Below are positions 1-11,647 of a stretch of 64,000 bases of DNA, in pieces. The notes under the pieces are model-generated. The model worked only from the letters and a program-made list of their open reading frames with translations, did not search any database and had not been told where the DNA came from. The position numbers and the translations under genes were made by a program. This DNA is from Obrimoposthia wandeli (lineage: Eukaryota), in contig CDROCS010000253.1 of NCBI GenBank assembly GCA_977020255.1, positions 1,054,001 through 1,118,000 of the forward strand, read 5' to 3'. Each line of letters begins with the position of its first letter. Position 1 is the stretch's first letter.

Positions 1-508
1 ATCCTTCACTTACCCAACGCTCACCATTAATTTGTGAAGCATCATAAAAGTCATACCAATTAGCTAAATTGTCACGCCATGCGCTGCGGCTCTTTTGGGC
101 TAAATGTACTAGATGAACATATTCGTGCAGTACCAGTAATTGTTGCCAGCTAGATGAATTAGCAATTATGCTGTCTGATTGAGGAGGCGTAGCAAAAAAG
201 GCCATATAAGGTCGGTGACTTAGCGGGAAGGCAAAGCCATTTGCTGCATTATATGGATCAACGATATAAGCGTCGACTTTTTCTGTTATGACACGGCCTT
301 GTTGATCTTTAATGAGTTGGCGAACAACCTCCATTTCTCGTGCACTTGATAAAGCCCATTGGCGATATTCAGGGGTGAAATGGACACGAAAATTTTCAGT
401 TTCAAAAGTTTGCCAGTTTTGGGTATTATCAACGAACTCTGCTTGACTAGTAAAAGTTATGCTACTTAGTGCTAGCGTGATAGCCGTGAGTACCTTAGAT
501 ACTTTCAT
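1..508 (-). CDS. Secreted putative Zn-metallopeptidase-domain protein (HEXXH), 3' end outside window
   Basis: Hand translation from ATG at 508 (AAGGA RBS upstream): MKVSKVLTAITLALSSITFTSQA signal peptide, ...LLVLHEYVHLVH...WVSEG; open to window edge. Confidence 0.75.
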   Translation of the reverse strand, partial: MKVSKVLTAITLALSSITFTSQAEFVDNTQNWQTFETENFRVHFTPEYRQWALSSAREMEVVRQLIKDQQGRVITEKVDAYIVDPYNAANGFAFPLSHRPYMAFFATPPQSDSIIANSSSWQQLLVLHEYVHLVHLAQKSRSAWRDNLANWYDFYDASQINGERWVSEG

Positions 509-666
509 AAAAATCCTTGTAAATTATGGGCTTAATTTAATATGTTCTTAACGGGTGAGAATGGTAACGGGTATAGACGTGAACAGGGGGATTATTACAG
601 CTAATCACTGGTAGGATAAGTAATTAGCTGTAAATATTTATGTCAAAGGCAGAAAGTAGAGATAGG

Positions 667-2043
667 CTAGAAGTAAATAGCACTGACTTGGAATAGTTTT
701 TCTATATCACTAATGTAGCGTTTATTAACTAAAAATAAAATAACGTGATCTTCTTCGTGAATTAAGGTGTTTGAGTGAGCAATCAATACTTCGCTACCAC
801 GGACAATCGCACCAATAGTAGCACCCGGCGGTAGTTTAATATTTTTGATTGCACGACCAACGACTTTCGACGATTTTTCATCACCTTTGGCAACAATTTC
901 AATGGCTTCAGCTGCACCGCCGCGTAAGCTATAAACATTATCGATAGCACCACGTCTAACATGCGTTAATAGTGCCGAGATAGTGGCTTGTTGTGGCGAT
1001 ATGGCAATATCAATCGTACTACCATGCACTAAATCAATGTAGGCATCACGTTGAATAAGCACCATGGTTTTACGAACACCAAGCTTTTTAGCAAGCAGTG
1101 ACGACATGATATTCGCTTCATCATCATTGGTCACGGCGATAAAAATATCAAATTGATCAATATTTTCTTCCGTGAGTAATTCCTGATCGGAAGAGTCACC
1201 AGCAAAAACTAAGGTATCATTGAGCTCAGATGTTAATTGCTCAGCACGTTTTGGTGAACGCTCAATGAGTTTTACTTGATGATTTTTTTCTAAAATTCGT
1301 GCTAAACCCGCGCCAATGTTACCACCACCGGCAATCATTATACGTTTATAAGCGGATTCGAGTTTTTGTAATTCATTCATCACCGCTCGAATATGTATAC
1401 TCGCAGCTATAAAGAATACTTCATCATCTGCTTCAATTACTGTGGTGCCAAGAGGACGTATTGGCTTACCGTTTCGGTATATCGCAGCTACACGCGTATC
1501 GACATTAGGAATGTGATCTCTTAATGTTGACAGCGCATGGCCAACAAGTAAGCCTCCATAATAGGCTTTTACTGCTACTAAGCTTACTTTTCCATTCGCA
1601 AACTCTAATACTTGTAGTGCACCAGGGTAATCAATTAGGCGCGCAATATCTCGCGTTACTAATTCTTCGGGAGCGATAATATGATCGACAGGAATGTGCT
1701 TTTTATGAAAAAGTTGCTCAGAATATTTTAATATTTGATTTGAGCGAATACGAGCAATCTTTTTCGGTGTGTTAAATAATGAAGAACATATTTGGCAGGT
1801 GATCATATTGGTGGCGTCGTCACTGGTAACCGCAATAACCATATCAGCATCTTCAGCGCCAGCAGCTTTTAAAACATCAGGATGACCGCCTTGGCCAGTA
1901 ACGACTTGTAAATCCATTTTATCTTGCAGTTCACGTAGCTTTTCACCATCTATGTCTACTACCGAAATGTCGTTATTTTCACCAACAAGGTTTTCAGCTA
2001 ATGTACCGCCAACTTGTCCTGCACCGACTATGATTATTTTCAT
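667..2043 (-). CDS. trkA: Trk K+ transporter NAD-binding subunit
   Basis: 458 aa, two RCK Rossmann motifs (GAGQVG, GGGNIG). Confidence 0.97.
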   Translation of the reverse strand: MKIIIVGAGQVGGTLAENLVGENNDISVVDIDGEKLRELQDKMDLQVVTGQGGHPDVLKAAGAEDADMVIAVTSDDATNMITCQICSSLFNTPKKIARIRSNQILKYSEQLFHKKHIPVDHIIAPEELVTRDIARLIDYPGALQVLEFANGKVSLVAVKAYYGGLLVGHALSTLRDHIPNVDTRVAAIYRNGKPIRPLGTTVIEADDEVFFIAASIHIRAVMNELQKLESAYKRIMIAGGGNIGAGLARILEKNHQVKLIERSPKRAEQLTSELNDTLVFAGDSSDQELLTEENIDQFDIFIAVTNDDEANIMSSLLAKKLGVRKTMVLIQRDAYIDLVHGSTIDIAISPQQATISALLTHVRRGAIDNVYSLRGGAAEAIEIVAKGDEKSSKVVGRAIKNIKLPPGATIGAIVRGSEVLIAHSNTLIHEEDHVILFLVNKRYISDIEKLFQVSAIYF

Positions 2044-2081
2044 GTGTTACTTTTCTGCTCTTGTTATTTATATTATTTATA

Positions 2082-3404
2082 TTATTTGAGCTTTAACAAT
2101 TTGGCGTAATAAAAGCCGTCCATGTTTTCAGCATCAGGTAATAACTGCCAACCGATCGCATTCTCATCAGTATCAGGGGTATTAGTGGTAATGGCAATTA
2201 ATTGTGCGTCTTGATTTTGCTCAATAAAGCGAGAGACTTGCTGACAGTTTTCTTCAGGTAAAATACTACAGGTTGCATAAAGTAAGGTACCGCCTGGTTT
2301 GAGTAATGACCAAATATTGTCAAGAATCTGCTGCTGCAAGACTACTAACTTATCAATATCATCAGCTTTACGTAACCACTTTATATCTGGGTGGCGACGA
2401 ATTACGCCAGTTCCAGAGCAGGGCGCATCAAGTAATATGCGATCAAATTGTTCACCAGACCACCAATTTTTAGTCGCTGCATCGGCAGTAATTACGTTAG
2501 CCGTTAGCTTTAAGCGCTCTAAATTTTCATGAACTCGAGTGAGGCGACCTTCTTCAATATCGATTGCTGTCATTGAGGCAATATCAGGCGTTTGTTCAAG
2601 TAGGTGGCAAGTTTTACCGCCTGGTGCTGCACAACAATCTAATACCACATCATTGGGTTGGCAGTCGAGTAAACGTGCTGCTTGTTGTGCTGCGCCATCT
2701 TGTACTGAAACCCAACCGTCATCAAAACCTGGTAAATTAGCGACATCGAGTGGTTTAGCAAGTTCAATTGCTTGAGTATTAGGCTCAACATTAGCAAATT
2801 CAATGTCTGCCTCAATGAGGAGCGCTTGATATTGTTCACTAGTGTGGTGCAGTTGATTAGCACGTAACCACATAGGGGGCTTTTGTTGATTGGCGTCTAA
2901 TATCGCTTGCCACTGTTCAGGGTAGGCTTGTTGTACTTTTTTAATAAACCAACCAGGGTGATTGTACTTTATTGGATCAGGTATCTTTTTAGTTGTTTTG
3001 TTTTCTTGTTTACTTTCTGCTTCTAATGTACGTAAAAAGCCTCTCAGCACAGCATTAACCAATCCTTTCATATGGTCATTTTTTAACGTTTTTGTTGCTG
3101 CAACCGTTTCACTCACCGCGGCGTGGTCAGGTATACGCATATATCTTATTTGATAAACCCCCACTAAAAGTAAAAAATGAAAGACTCTCTGCTTACCCTT
3201 TATTGGCTTTTGTACTAATTGACTGACATCATTTTCTAATTCTGGTAAGTAGCGCAACACACCGTAGCAAATTTCCTGCAGCAAGCCTTTATCTTTACCT
3301 AGTAGTTTATCTTGTTGTTTTGGTAGTTCGTCACTTAAGCTGCGCCCTTGATCTATAACGGCGTAACAACATTTTGCTGCAAGCGCTCTAATATTAATTA
3401 TCAT
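2082..3404 (-). CDS. rsmB: 16S rRNA m5C967 methyltransferase
   Basis: NusB-like N-terminus, DCCAAPGGKT, LLDAPCSGTG, YATCS; start moved to ATG 3404 (MIINIRA), downstream of fmt stop. Confidence 0.96.
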   Translation of the reverse strand: MIINIRALAAKCCYAVIDQGRSLSDELPKQQDKLLGKDKGLLQEICYGVLRYLPELENDVSQLVQKPIKGKQRVFHFLLLVGVYQIRYMRIPDHAAVSETVAATKTLKNDHMKGLVNAVLRGFLRTLEAESKQENKTTKKIPDPIKYNHPGWFIKKVQQAYPEQWQAILDANQQKPPMWLRANQLHHTSEQYQALLIEADIEFANVEPNTQAIELAKPLDVANLPGFDDGWVSVQDGAAQQAARLLDCQPNDVVLDCCAAPGGKTCHLLEQTPDIASMTAIDIEEGRLTRVHENLERLKLTANVITADAATKNWWSGEQFDRILLDAPCSGTGVIRRHPDIKWLRKADDIDKLVVLQQQILDNIWSLLKPGGTLLYATCSILPEENCQQVSRFIEQNQDAQLIAITTNTPDTDENAIGWQLLPDAENMDGFYYAKLLKLK

Positions 3405-3412
3405 TGTTTCTC

Positions 3413-4408
3413 TTAACCAAGCTTGTTTATAGGGCTGCCAACAACGAACCAATCGCTGCGACCATTAAGGATATCTTTCACTGCCAATGCTTTTTTTCCA
3501 GGAAATTGAATGATTTCTAGGCGTAATGAACCATCGGTTGTTGCTACTTCTATCCCTTCTTTGTCTGCTTTTATTATCGTGCCCGGCTCAGCACTGCCTT
3601 GATATTCTTGTACAGATGCTTGCCATACTCGTAACCTGTGCTGCTTCTCTTCCTGATCAGCTTCGGATTCAGTGAAGGTAAATTGAGCTACTGGCCAGGG
3701 GATATAAGCACGAGTTTTTCGATGAAGTTCGCTAGCAGTGAGCTGCCAGTTAAGTTCAGCTTCAGCTTTATCAAGTTTCTTAGCGTAAGTGGCTAGTTCA
3801 TTGTCTTGAACAATGTTGTGAGCACTTGCTTGATAATTAGGCTGCGCCATAAGTGCTAATGTTTCTACTAACGCTGTTGGCCCTAAGTTGGCAAGTTTTT
3901 CATAAAGACTTGAACTTGTATCTGTATTTTCTATTTCGCACTCGGCCTTTAATATCATGTCTCCGGTATCTAAACCTTTATCCATTTGCATTATGGTGAC
4001 ACCCGTTTTCTTATCTCCTGCTTCAAGTGAGCGTTGAATGGGTGCAGCACCACGCCACTTAGGGAGAATAGAACCGTGTACATTAATACAACCTAAGCGT
4101 GGCGATCTTAAAATCACTTCAGGTAATAATAAGCCATAAGCAACAACAACCATGATATCAGCATCATATTGCGCTAATTGTTGTTGGTCTTCTTCACTTT
4201 TAAAGTTAACTGGCTGCTCAACAATAATGTTGTGTTCTAATGCGAGTAGTTTTGTTGCACAAGCTGTTAGTTTTTTACCGCGACCCGCAGGTTTATCTGG
4301 TGGGCAATAAACGGCGACAACATTATGTTCCGAGTTAATTAATGCTGCTAAATGTTGCGCAGCGAAATCAGGGGTACCGGCAAAAATGATATTTAGTGGA
4401 GTAACCAA
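3413..4408 (-). CDS. fmt: Methionyl-tRNA formyltransferase
   Basis: [28 protein letters not shown]. Confidence 0.98.
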   Translation of the reverse strand: MVTPLNIIFAGTPDFAAQHLAALINSEHNVVAVYCPPDKPAGRGKKLTACATKLLALEHNIIVEQPVNFKSEEDQQQLAQYDADIMVVVAYGLLLPEVILRSPRLGCINVHGSILPKWRGAAPIQRSLEAGDKKTGVTIMQMDKGLDTGDMILKAECEIENTDTSSSLYEKLANLGPTALVETLALMAQPNYQASAHNIVQDNELATYAKKLDKAEAELNWQLTASELHRKTRAYIPWPVAQFTFTESEADQEEKQHRLRVWQASVQEYQGSAEPGTIIKADKEGIEVATTDGSLRLEIIQFPGKKALAVKDILNGRSDWFVVGSPINKLG

Positions 4409-4440
4409 AGGAATTCCTATTATTGTAAGTGAGTAGTTAC

Positions 4441-4956
4441 TTACTTGTTGTTTTTGTCAATTTTTGCTTCTTTTTCAAGCTTTTTTTGAATACGTTGACG
4501 CTTTAGTGGCGATAGGTAATCAACAAATAAAATACCTTTTAAGTGGTCAAGTTCATGTTGTATACAAATACTTTGTAATTCAGTGGCATTTAAAGTGAAT
4601 TCTTTACCATGGCGGTCAAGTGCTCTTACAGTACATGCATCATGGCGGTCTACTTTGGCATAAGTGCCAGGAACGGATAAGCAGCCTTCTTCATTTATTG
4701 ATGTTTCATTACTGGTAGCAATAATTTCTGGGTTGATAAAGATAATGGGTTGGTCATTATCTTCAGAGGTATCCATCACAACAATACGTTGATGAACATC
4801 AACTTGAGTCGCAGCAAGACCTACGCCATTTTCTTCGTACATGGTTGCCAGCATATCGTCTATAATTGTCGCCGTAGCATCAGTAATATCAGTAACGGGC
4901 TGCGCTTTTGTTCTCAAACGCGGATCAGGAAAACGTAAAACAGTTAAAATAGTCAT
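4441..4956 (-). CDS. def: Peptide deformylase
   Basis: GVGLAA, EGCLS, HELDH. Confidence 0.98.
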   Translation of the reverse strand: MTILTVLRFPDPRLRTKAQPVTDITDATATIIDDMLATMYEENGVGLAATQVDVHQRIVVMDTSEDNDQPIIFINPEIIATSNETSINEEGCLSVPGTYAKVDRHDACTVRALDRHGKEFTLNATELQSICIQHELDHLKGILFVDYLSPLKRQRIQKKLEKEAKIDKNNK

Positions 4957-5096
4957 ATTTTTTTTAAAAATTAGCGATAATTAATCTAGAATGTTATGTT
5001 TTAATTATATACTCAAGTAACTGTAACTGAAACCTGCATTTTTAGGTCACTCGATATAAGTGCGTTATAGCAGTATGCACAAAAGGAACGAGCTCT

Positions 5097-6185
5097 ATGC
5101 TTAAAAAAATAATACTCTCACTATCTTTAATATCTTGTTCATTGGTAGCACTTGCCGATCAGATAACACTTAATGATGATGCACCTAAAACACATGTAGT
5201 GGTGAAAGGTGATACGTTATGGGATATTTCAGCACTGTTTCTAGAGCAACCTTGGTTATGGCCAAAGCTTTGGCGCTTAAATCCAGAAATCAATAACCCC
5301 CATTTAATTTATCCCGGAGATATTTTAAAACTCGTTTTTGATGAAAATGGTGAACCAATGCTGGTGGTCGAGCCGATAAAACCAAGCTATAAATGGTCAC
5401 CAAAAATTCGTCAAGAAAAAACTAAAGACTCAGCGATTACCTTATTACCGCTAGAAGTGATTGCACCCTTTATTAGATATGACCATTTATTTAGTGAAGA
5501 TGAGCTAGCAGCATTACCTTATATTATTGGTAGTGATGAAGGCTATAGAATGACAACGAAAGATTTTAAAGTCTACGTTAATGCAGATTTAGACGTTGCA
5601 CAAAGTTATGCAATCTATGATAAAGGTGAAGAGATTTTTGACCCTGAAACGGATGATTCTTTAGGTTTTTATGTCAACTTAGTCGGTACAGGGCAAGTAG
5701 TAAAGCGTGGTGATATCGAAAATGATGTGCCTTCTACTATGAATGTTGGCTCTGCAAAAAGAGAGATTCATGCAGGGAACTATGTAGTACCAGTTAATAA
5801 AGGGCAATTATTTCCAGGCGTTTTCTCTATGAAAGCAGCTAAGTCATCACTTCGTGGTGCTATTGTTAAAGCAACGAGTAATGGCCGTGAGTTTGCGAAG
5901 CTTGAAGTGGTAATGATTAACCGCGGCCTTGAACATGACGTCACTATTGGTGATGTTATGGCGATAAAGCGCACAAGTCCTGCCGTTGTTGATACGGGTA
6001 GTGGTCCTGCTTATAGTGCCGAGACTTCACGTTGGAATAAGATGATAGGTAGTGATTATAAAATGCCAGAAGAGCCGTTAGGTGAGTTAATGGTTTTTAA
6101 AGTTTACCAAAAAGCAAGTATGGCACTTATTCTACATACCGATAAGCCAGCGAGAATAAATGATTTAATTACTGCACCAGAATAG
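5097..6185 (+). CDS. LysM peptidoglycan-binding protein (TsaP-like)
   Basis: Signal peptide then VVKGDTLWDIS...NPHLIYPGD LysM; usual position between def and dprA. Confidence 0.9.
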   Translation: MLKKIILSLSLISCSLVALADQITLNDDAPKTHVVVKGDTLWDISALFLEQPWLWPKLWRLNPEINNPHLIYPGDILKLVFDENGEPMLVVEPIKPSYKWSPKIRQEKTKDSAITLLPLEVIAPFIRYDHLFSEDELAALPYIIGSDEGYRMTTKDFKVYVNADLDVAQSYAIYDKGEEIFDPETDDSLGFYVNLVGTGQVVKRGDIENDVPSTMNVGSAKREIHAGNYVVPVNKGQLFPGVFSMKAAKSSLRGAIVKATSNGREFAKLEVVMINRGLEHDVTIGDVMAIKRTSPAVVDTGSGPAYSAETSRWNKMIGSDYKMPEEPLGELMVFKVYQKASMALILHTDKPARINDLITAPE

Positions 6186-6236
6186 CCAATTGTTAAATAT
6201 TTAATTTTTCCGGTAATTTAGAGGGAAAATAAAACC

Positions 6237-6298
6237 TATACCCGCTCTACCTGAAGGAGCTTATCATTCCAGCTGAATCTTCAGGTGGAGCGGGCATA
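6237..6298. repeat. Short TA-flanked inverted-repeat element (MITE/REP-like)
   Basis: tatacccgctctacctgaag ... cttcaggtggagcgggcata: 20-bp inverted repeat, 2 mismatches, intergenic. Confidence 0.7.
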
Positions 6299-6326
6299 TG
6301 ACTTGTTCTTAAGGAGAAGACAAGTA

Positions 6327-7484
6327 ATGATTAGTAACAGTAACAGTAACAGTAAAATTGAATGTTGGTTAGCCTTAAAGCTTGTTCCTCGGTTAGCTAT
6401 CCACAAAAAAATAGCACTGGTTGAAACCTTTGGTTTAACTGCGTTATTTTCTTTAAACAACAAACCCTCAGTACTTAGCTCAGCCAATAACTTAAGTGTC
6501 AAACAGCTTTGTGCTTTTCATCAGCCAGATTGGCAACAAATAACTCAAATTATCCAAGCAAGTGCCGCCTGCAATAGTGCCATCATTTGTTATGACGAAC
6601 CTTGCTACCCTCAACTGCTCAAGCAAATTTATGATCCACCCTTAGTGATGTTTGTTCAGGGAAATATATTATTACTTAATGCTCCGCAGGTAGCCGTGGT
6701 CGGGAGCCGATCTGCTAGCGCAGGAGGTAGAGATATCGCCTTCAGATTCTGTCAACAACTGGCGCAGCAAAATTTTGTTATCACCAGTGGATTAGCCCTT
6801 GGTATTGATGCTTCAGCTCATCGTGGTGCTCTTAGTGAACCCGCTAGCACAATCGCGGTAGTTGCTACTGGATTAGATCAAGTCTATCCCGCCAGACATC
6901 GCGCTTTAGCGCAGCAAATAATTATGTCAAACGGGGCTATTATTAGTGAGTTTTTACCTGGTACGCAAGCTAGAGCAGGGCATTTTCCAAAAAGAAATCG
7001 CCTTATTAGTGGTTTAAGCTTAGGTGTATTAGTGGTTGAGGCTGAATTAAAAAGTGGCTCTTTGATTACAGCACGTTGTGCACTAGAGCAAAATAGAGAC
7101 GTTTTTGCTATTCCGAGTTCTATTGAAAATAAGCAGGCTAAAGGTTGTCATTGGTTAATTAAGCAAGGCGCTAAACTTGTTGAGCAATGTGCCGATATAA
7201 TAGATGAATTCGCTTTTGCAGATAAACCTAGTCTACAATTAAAGAGTGATGTAAAACCTTTGAAGTCAGCTGAAGACGTTACTCACAAAGGAGGCGATGA
7301 AATAAATCAAAAAGTCTTGTGTAACGATGCATTGTTGGATAGTGTGGGATTTGAAATTACTCCCGTAGATAAAGTAGTTTTACGGAGCGAACTTCCCGTA
7401 GAGGAAGTGTTAACTAGATTAACAATGCTTGAGCTAAGTGGCTTGGTATCTGCGGTACCTGGTGGCTACATTAGAACGCAATAA
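6327..7484 (+). CDS. dprA: DNA-processing protein DprA
   Basis: [37 protein letters not shown]; AAGGAG RBS before ATG 6327. Confidence 0.96.
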   Translation: MISNSNSNSKIECWLALKLVPRLAIHKKIALVETFGLTALFSLNNKPSVLSSANNLSVKQLCAFHQPDWQQITQIIQASAACNSAIICYDEPCYPQLLKQIYDPPLVMFVQGNILLLNAPQVAVVGSRSASAGGRDIAFRFCQQLAQQNFVITSGLALGIDASAHRGALSEPASTIAVVATGLDQVYPARHRALAQQIIMSNGAIISEFLPGTQARAGHFPKRNRLISGLSLGVLVVEAELKSGSLITARCALEQNRDVFAIPSSIENKQAKGCHWLIKQGAKLVEQCADIIDEFAFADKPSLQLKSDVKPLKSAEDVTHKGGDEINQKVLCNDALLDSVGFEITPVDKVVLRSELPVEEVLTRLTMLELSGLVSAVPGGYIRTQ

Positions 7485-7495
7485 AGGGGCTAATT

Positions 7496-7969
7496 ATGTT
7501 CGATATCTTAATGTATCTTTTTGAAACGTATATCCAAAATGAAGCTGAGCCTATGGTTGACCATGATCTGTTAACAGACGAGTTAACACGAGCGGGCTTT
7601 CATCAGGATGAAATATATAAAGCATTAAATTGGCTAGAAAAACTTACCGCATTACAAGACACGGATGCATACCCGTATCTTACGCGAGTAGGCAGTAAGT
7701 CTGTACGTATTTATACTAGCGAAGAAATGCAGTTACTTGATACTCCAAGCCGTGGCTTTATCTTATTTTTAGAGCAGGTAAATGTACTTGATTTTACTAC
7801 ACGCGAAATGGTTATTGACCGAGTGATGGAGCTGGATACTAAGTATTTCTCTATGGATGATCTTAAGTGGGTAATTCTAATGGTGCTATTTAATGTACCA
7901 GGCAAAGAGTCTGCTTATTCGCAATTAGAAGACTTAATATTTGAAGAACAAGAAGGTCCTCTCCACTAG
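7496..7969 (+). CDS. smg: Smg / DUF494 protein
   Basis: [13 protein letters not shown]-terminus, LMVLFN motif, follows dprA. Confidence 0.95.
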   Translation: MFDILMYLFETYIQNEAEPMVDHDLLTDELTRAGFHQDEIYKALNWLEKLTALQDTDAYPYLTRVGSKSVRIYTSEEMQLLDTPSRGFILFLEQVNVLDFTTREMVIDRVMELDTKYFSMDDLKWVILMVLFNVPGKESAYSQLEDLIFEEQEGPLH

Positions 7970-8093
7970 TAACTTTCTTCAATCTGGCTAAAGTTACTAT
8001 ACAGTATATTTAGCCAGCAGTTACTGAGCGTATTGCTCAAGAAAATTTTGTGGCATAATAACGCCATACTTATTTTAAGCGCAATTCTCAATA

Positions 8094-8657
8094 ATGTCTG
8101 AATCTGATAAACCTCTCTTTACTCATCACGAACATGCTTTAGAGAAAGAGTATCAAGTGTGCCCAGATTGTGGCTCAGAGTTATCCATTAAACAGGGTAA
8201 GTCTGGGGCTTTTTTAGGTTGTGTCAATTATCCTAATTGTCAATATACCCGCGCAGTGGTAGAACATGAACGTGTTGAAGATAAAATATTACTAGGTAGT
8301 GAGTGCCCATTATGCTCCCATGTATTAGCGGTTAAACAAGGTCGCTACGGTATGTTTATTGGTTGTAGTAATTTTCCACAATGCCATCATATTGAACACG
8401 AGGCGCAAGAGCTCATACAGGATGTGGTGTGCCCAAGCTGCAAAAAAGGCTCACTGCAAGAAAAGACCAGTCGATTTGGCAAGAAGTTTTACTCTTGCGA
8501 TGCTTATCCAAAGTGTAAGTTTGTCGTTAATCATGAGCCGGTTGAAGGTCGCTGTGAAAAGTGTCAATACCCTCTCTTATTAAAAAGAAATATGGCTGCC
8601 GGACTTAAATACCAGTGTGCAGATAAAAAATGTTCTCAAATGCAGAAATTATTATAA
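8094..8657 (+). CDS. Topoisomerase C4 zinc-finger domain protein (YrdD-like)
   Basis: Repeated CPxC...GxFxGCxNYPxC zinc ribbons. Confidence 0.9.
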   Translation: MSESDKPLFTHHEHALEKEYQVCPDCGSELSIKQGKSGAFLGCVNYPNCQYTRAVVEHERVEDKILLGSECPLCSHVLAVKQGRYGMFIGCSNFPQCHHIEHEAQELIQDVVCPSCKKGSLQEKTSRFGKKFYSCDAYPKCKFVVNHEPVEGRCEKCQYPLLLKRNMAAGLKYQCADKKCSQMQKLL

Positions 8658-8677
8658 ATATCCATAATGCTATTCAT

Positions 8678-8706
8678 AAAAAAAGACGCTAAATAGCGTC
8701 TTTTTT
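8678..8706. terminator. Bidirectional intrinsic terminator
   Basis: aaaaaaagacgct-aaat-agcgtctttttt between convergent genes. Confidence 0.85.
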
Positions 8707-8765
8707 ATTAACTAATTTAATAAATGAAAGTATTTATTAGCGTTGCTTTTCTAAGTAGTTTTGTG

Positions 8766-9268
8766 ATAACGGATCAGGTTATAAGATAATATCCCCCACA
8801 GGAAATGTATTTATTGTCCAATAACGACTGTTTCATAAATCAGTTCTAATGGGCACACTGTGGAAAACGCATGGGATCTGTCATCGAGTGAGGATTTGCA
8901 AGTTATTAGTCTGTAAGTCGTGCGCATTATTCGGTAATTCTGGAAACCACAATTGATCTTGTCTTCCATTAATATATTGAGCATTAACCAATGTCTCGCT
9001 TTACCTGCTTTGCCAGCGATGTAATAAACCTAACGACCACGGTCGAACAGCGTTAAACAGGTGTTTTTATCAGGTGTTGTTCATTCAGCACAACACTATC
9101 GAAAACACTGTTAGTCAGGCTCGTAAGCTCATCTGACACACCATCCGTACTTGGTAACTGCCAGTTGCGTCCCGGTCTTCGCAAACTCATGATTATTTTC
9201 ATCTGTATCTGGCGGGTAGCACTGTTCCACACCAATACCAATGACAGCCCAGACCATATTTTCCATAG
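8766..9268 (-). mobile_element. Fragmented IS4-family (InsG-like) transposase relic
   Basis: Collinear frameshifted motifs: MENMVWAVIG 9266-9237, PDTDENNHEF 9212-9183, RMVCQM 9147-9130, LTLFDRG 9056-9036, GLLHRWQ 9030-9010, MTDPMRFP 8884-8861, MKQSLL 8836-8819, LWGILSYNLIRY 8801-8766; these match the recalled IS4 InsG motif order. Confidence 0.85.
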
Positions 9269-10191
9269 ACCATTGCTGTTGGACGAACCAGTGCGGTACT
9301 GCCTAAAGGTAAATCACAGATGGCTCTTAAGTGATTTTCAAACTGACAGGTATCAGCACCTTGTTGGGTCCAATGTCCTGAATTATGAACCCTTGGTGCA
9401 ATTTCATTGACTAATAGTTGATTACCAACTTGGAAAAACTCAATAGCCATAACACCAACATAATCGAGTTTATCTGATAAGGCCTTAAATACCGTGCCGG
9501 CTTGTTCTTGTAATGCTTTATTAACAGGAGCAGCAACGGAGACACTTAAAATACCATTAGTATGATGATTTTCAGTTAAAGGATATACCGCAACGTCACC
9601 ATTAACACGACGAACACCAACAAGGGACACTTCGCGATCAAAAGGCACCATTTTCTCAGCAACAATACCTTGCTTAACAGTGGTTTTTGAAGCGGCAAGA
9701 AAGTCCGCCATATCTTGCCAGATTGCATCGGCATCAACAGCTGATTTTAATCGCCATTGCCCTTTTCCATCATACCCTTCAAGTGCAGTCTTAAAGATAA
9801 TAGGTAAAGATAAGTGTTCAATTGCTTTATCAAAATCTATTTTAGCGTTAACAAAGTAATGCTTGGCATTATTAGCATTGCAAGATTCAAGCAATGCTTT
9901 TTCTAACCGTCTATCACCGCCAATTTTAATCGCGTTACTTGTCGGGTATAACTTCCCTGATTGCTCACACTCAGCAAGAATGTCATGGGCAACATGCTCA
10001 AATTCTGCAGTAATGACATCAGCATCCTTAATGCCTGCTGCTAAATCGCCACAAATGTATTCAGGAGAAAGAGGGTGTACAACCTTATTACTGGTTACAT
10101 CGAGTGCTTTAACATCCAAGTTTAAAGGTGTGCCCGCTAATTGCATCATTCGAGCTAATTGACCTGCGCCAAGTATGAGAATTTTATTCAT
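9199..10191 (-). pseudogene. purK: N5-CAIR synthase PurK, C-terminal domain lost (homology ends at about 9269, RPTAMV)
   Basis: ATP-grasp motifs GYDGKGQ, NEIAPRVHNSGHWT, QFENHLRA; no RKMGH C-domain; reads into IS4 sequence. Confidence 0.88.
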
Positions 10192-10199
10192 GAGAGGTT

Positions 10200-10682
10200 T
10201 TATTCTGCCGGATTTGGGTTAGCGAGTATGGTTTCAGTCTGCTTCCGACGAAACTCTTCGATATTTTGTTGGATTTCAGCGTTATAAGTGCCGATAATTT
10301 GTGCGGCCAGTAAACCTGCGTTAGCTGCACCGGCATTGCCAATGGCTAATGTGCCTACTGCGATACCTTTTGGCATTTGCACAATAGATAATAACGAATC
10401 TTGCCCATTAAGCGCTTTAGATTGCACGGGAACACCTAAAACAGGTAAAGCAGTATAAGCTGCTGCCATACCTGGTAAATGAGCTGCACCACCAGCGCCT
10501 GCGACAATGACCTTAATGCCTCTATCTTTTGCACTTTCAGCATACTCGGCAAGTAAGTGAGGAGTACGGTGTGCAGAAACTACTTTGGTTTCGTACTGTA
10601 CACCTAAAGAATCAAGCATTTCTGCTGTATGTTGCATTGTTGGCCAATCTGATTTTGATCCCATGATGATACCGACTGTCAT
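10200..10682 (-). CDS. purE: N5-CAIR mutase
   Basis: [23 protein letters not shown]. Confidence 0.98.
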   Translation of the reverse strand: MTVGIIMGSKSDWPTMQHTAEMLDSLGVQYETKVVSAHRTPHLLAEYAESAKDRGIKVIVAGAGGAAHLPGMAAAYTALPVLGVPVQSKALNGQDSLLSIVQMPKGIAVGTLAIGNAGAANAGLLAAQIIGTYNAEIQQNIEEFRRKQTETILANPNPAE

Positions 10683-10876
10683 GAATTTATGCCCTTTAAG
10701 AAAATAGAATGTTCTTCGTAGATGAAGAAAGTAAAAATAGAGCTGTAATTATAACCTTGTTTAACGAAATACGGAATATAGAACTTTTCTATCGATAAAT
10801 TAATCCATCATTAGGCGTTTATGAGCAGTGTTTGGTAATATTGTTATGGAAATTATTATTAATCGAAGGGTTGTCT

Positions 10877-11428
10877 GTGAACGATAAAAATGTAGTTGAG
10901 GCTTTTAAAAATGGCGGTATTATTGCTTATCCAACAGAAGCTGTATTTGGTCTCGGTTGTGATCCTGACAATGAACAATCACTTAAGTGCTTGTTGCAGT
11001 TAAAAGGAAGGTCTGCTGAAAAGGGACTTATCTTACTTGCGGGTAGCTATTCTCAATTACTTCCTTATATCGATGACAGTCAAATTCCGCAAGATAAGCG
11101 TGTTACTGTGTTATCAAGGTGGCCTGATGGCATCACTCAGCTGGTGCCAAAAAGTAAGAATACCTCATCGCTTTTATCAGGACGCTTCGACACTATTGCA
11201 GTGAGAATAACCAGCCAACCAGATGTAGTTGCCCTGTGCAAACAAACTAATAAACCTATAGTATCGACTAGTGCTAATTTATCAGGACAAGAACCAGCTA
11301 AAACATGGCAATCATTAGATCCCGTACTAGCTAACCAAGTGGATTTTATTATTGAAGGCGTTACTTTAGGCCATACCTCACCATCAAAAATTATTGATGC
11401 CTTAACAGGTAAAGTTGTCAGAAATTAA
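10877..11428 (+). CDS. tsaC: Threonylcarbamoyl-AMP synthase (YrdC/TsaC)
   Basis: [29 protein letters not shown]; probable GTG start at 10877. Confidence 0.93.
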   Translation: MNDKNVVEAFKNGGIIAYPTEAVFGLGCDPDNEQSLKCLLQLKGRSAEKGLILLAGSYSQLLPYIDDSQIPQDKRVTVLSRWPDGITQLVPKSKNTSSLLSGRFDTIAVRITSQPDVVALCKQTNKPIVSTSANLSGQEPAKTWQSLDPVLANQVDFIIEGVTLGHTSPSKIIDALTGKVVRN

Positions 11429-11527
11429 ATAAATCCTTAGGTACGGTAAAGTTAAGCGAATATCATCGCTAGTTTATTCATAACTAAGGCTATTTAACAC
11501 TATTTTCTTTTTGATTTTTATAAGAAG

Positions 11528-11541
11528 ATGATCGAGATCAA
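11528..11541. promoter_or_regulatory. FNR-like box upstream of ompW
   Basis: ATGAT-cgag-ATCAA, 9/10 match to TTGAT-N4-ATCAA; weaker TTGAT-N4-ATAAG at 11511-11524. Confidence 0.55.
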
Positions 11542-11647
11542 AGTATCGATTAGCTCCATATTTAGCGGTCAAAACCTTGCGCTAAATCAATTTTTATTAA
11601 ACCAACATGATTATTATATCCTTAATTATTTTAAGGATAAAAAAATC

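Noticed and set aside
6333-6355. AGTAAC x3 microsatellite at the dprA 5' end as a phase-variation switch
   Set aside because: Hexamer unit is in frame (SN repeats) and short, so changes would not frameshift
2299-8583. Short antisense or overlapping ORFs within rsmB, def, LysM, dprA, smg, yrdD (similar ones in atp, TBDR, hem genes)
   Set aside because: Shadow ORFs of well-supported genes; no motifs or RBS support
9165-9410. Plus-strand 81-aa ORF and minus-strand 9053-9241 ORF as real genes
   Set aside because: They are antisense or frameshifted pieces of the purK/IS4 junction
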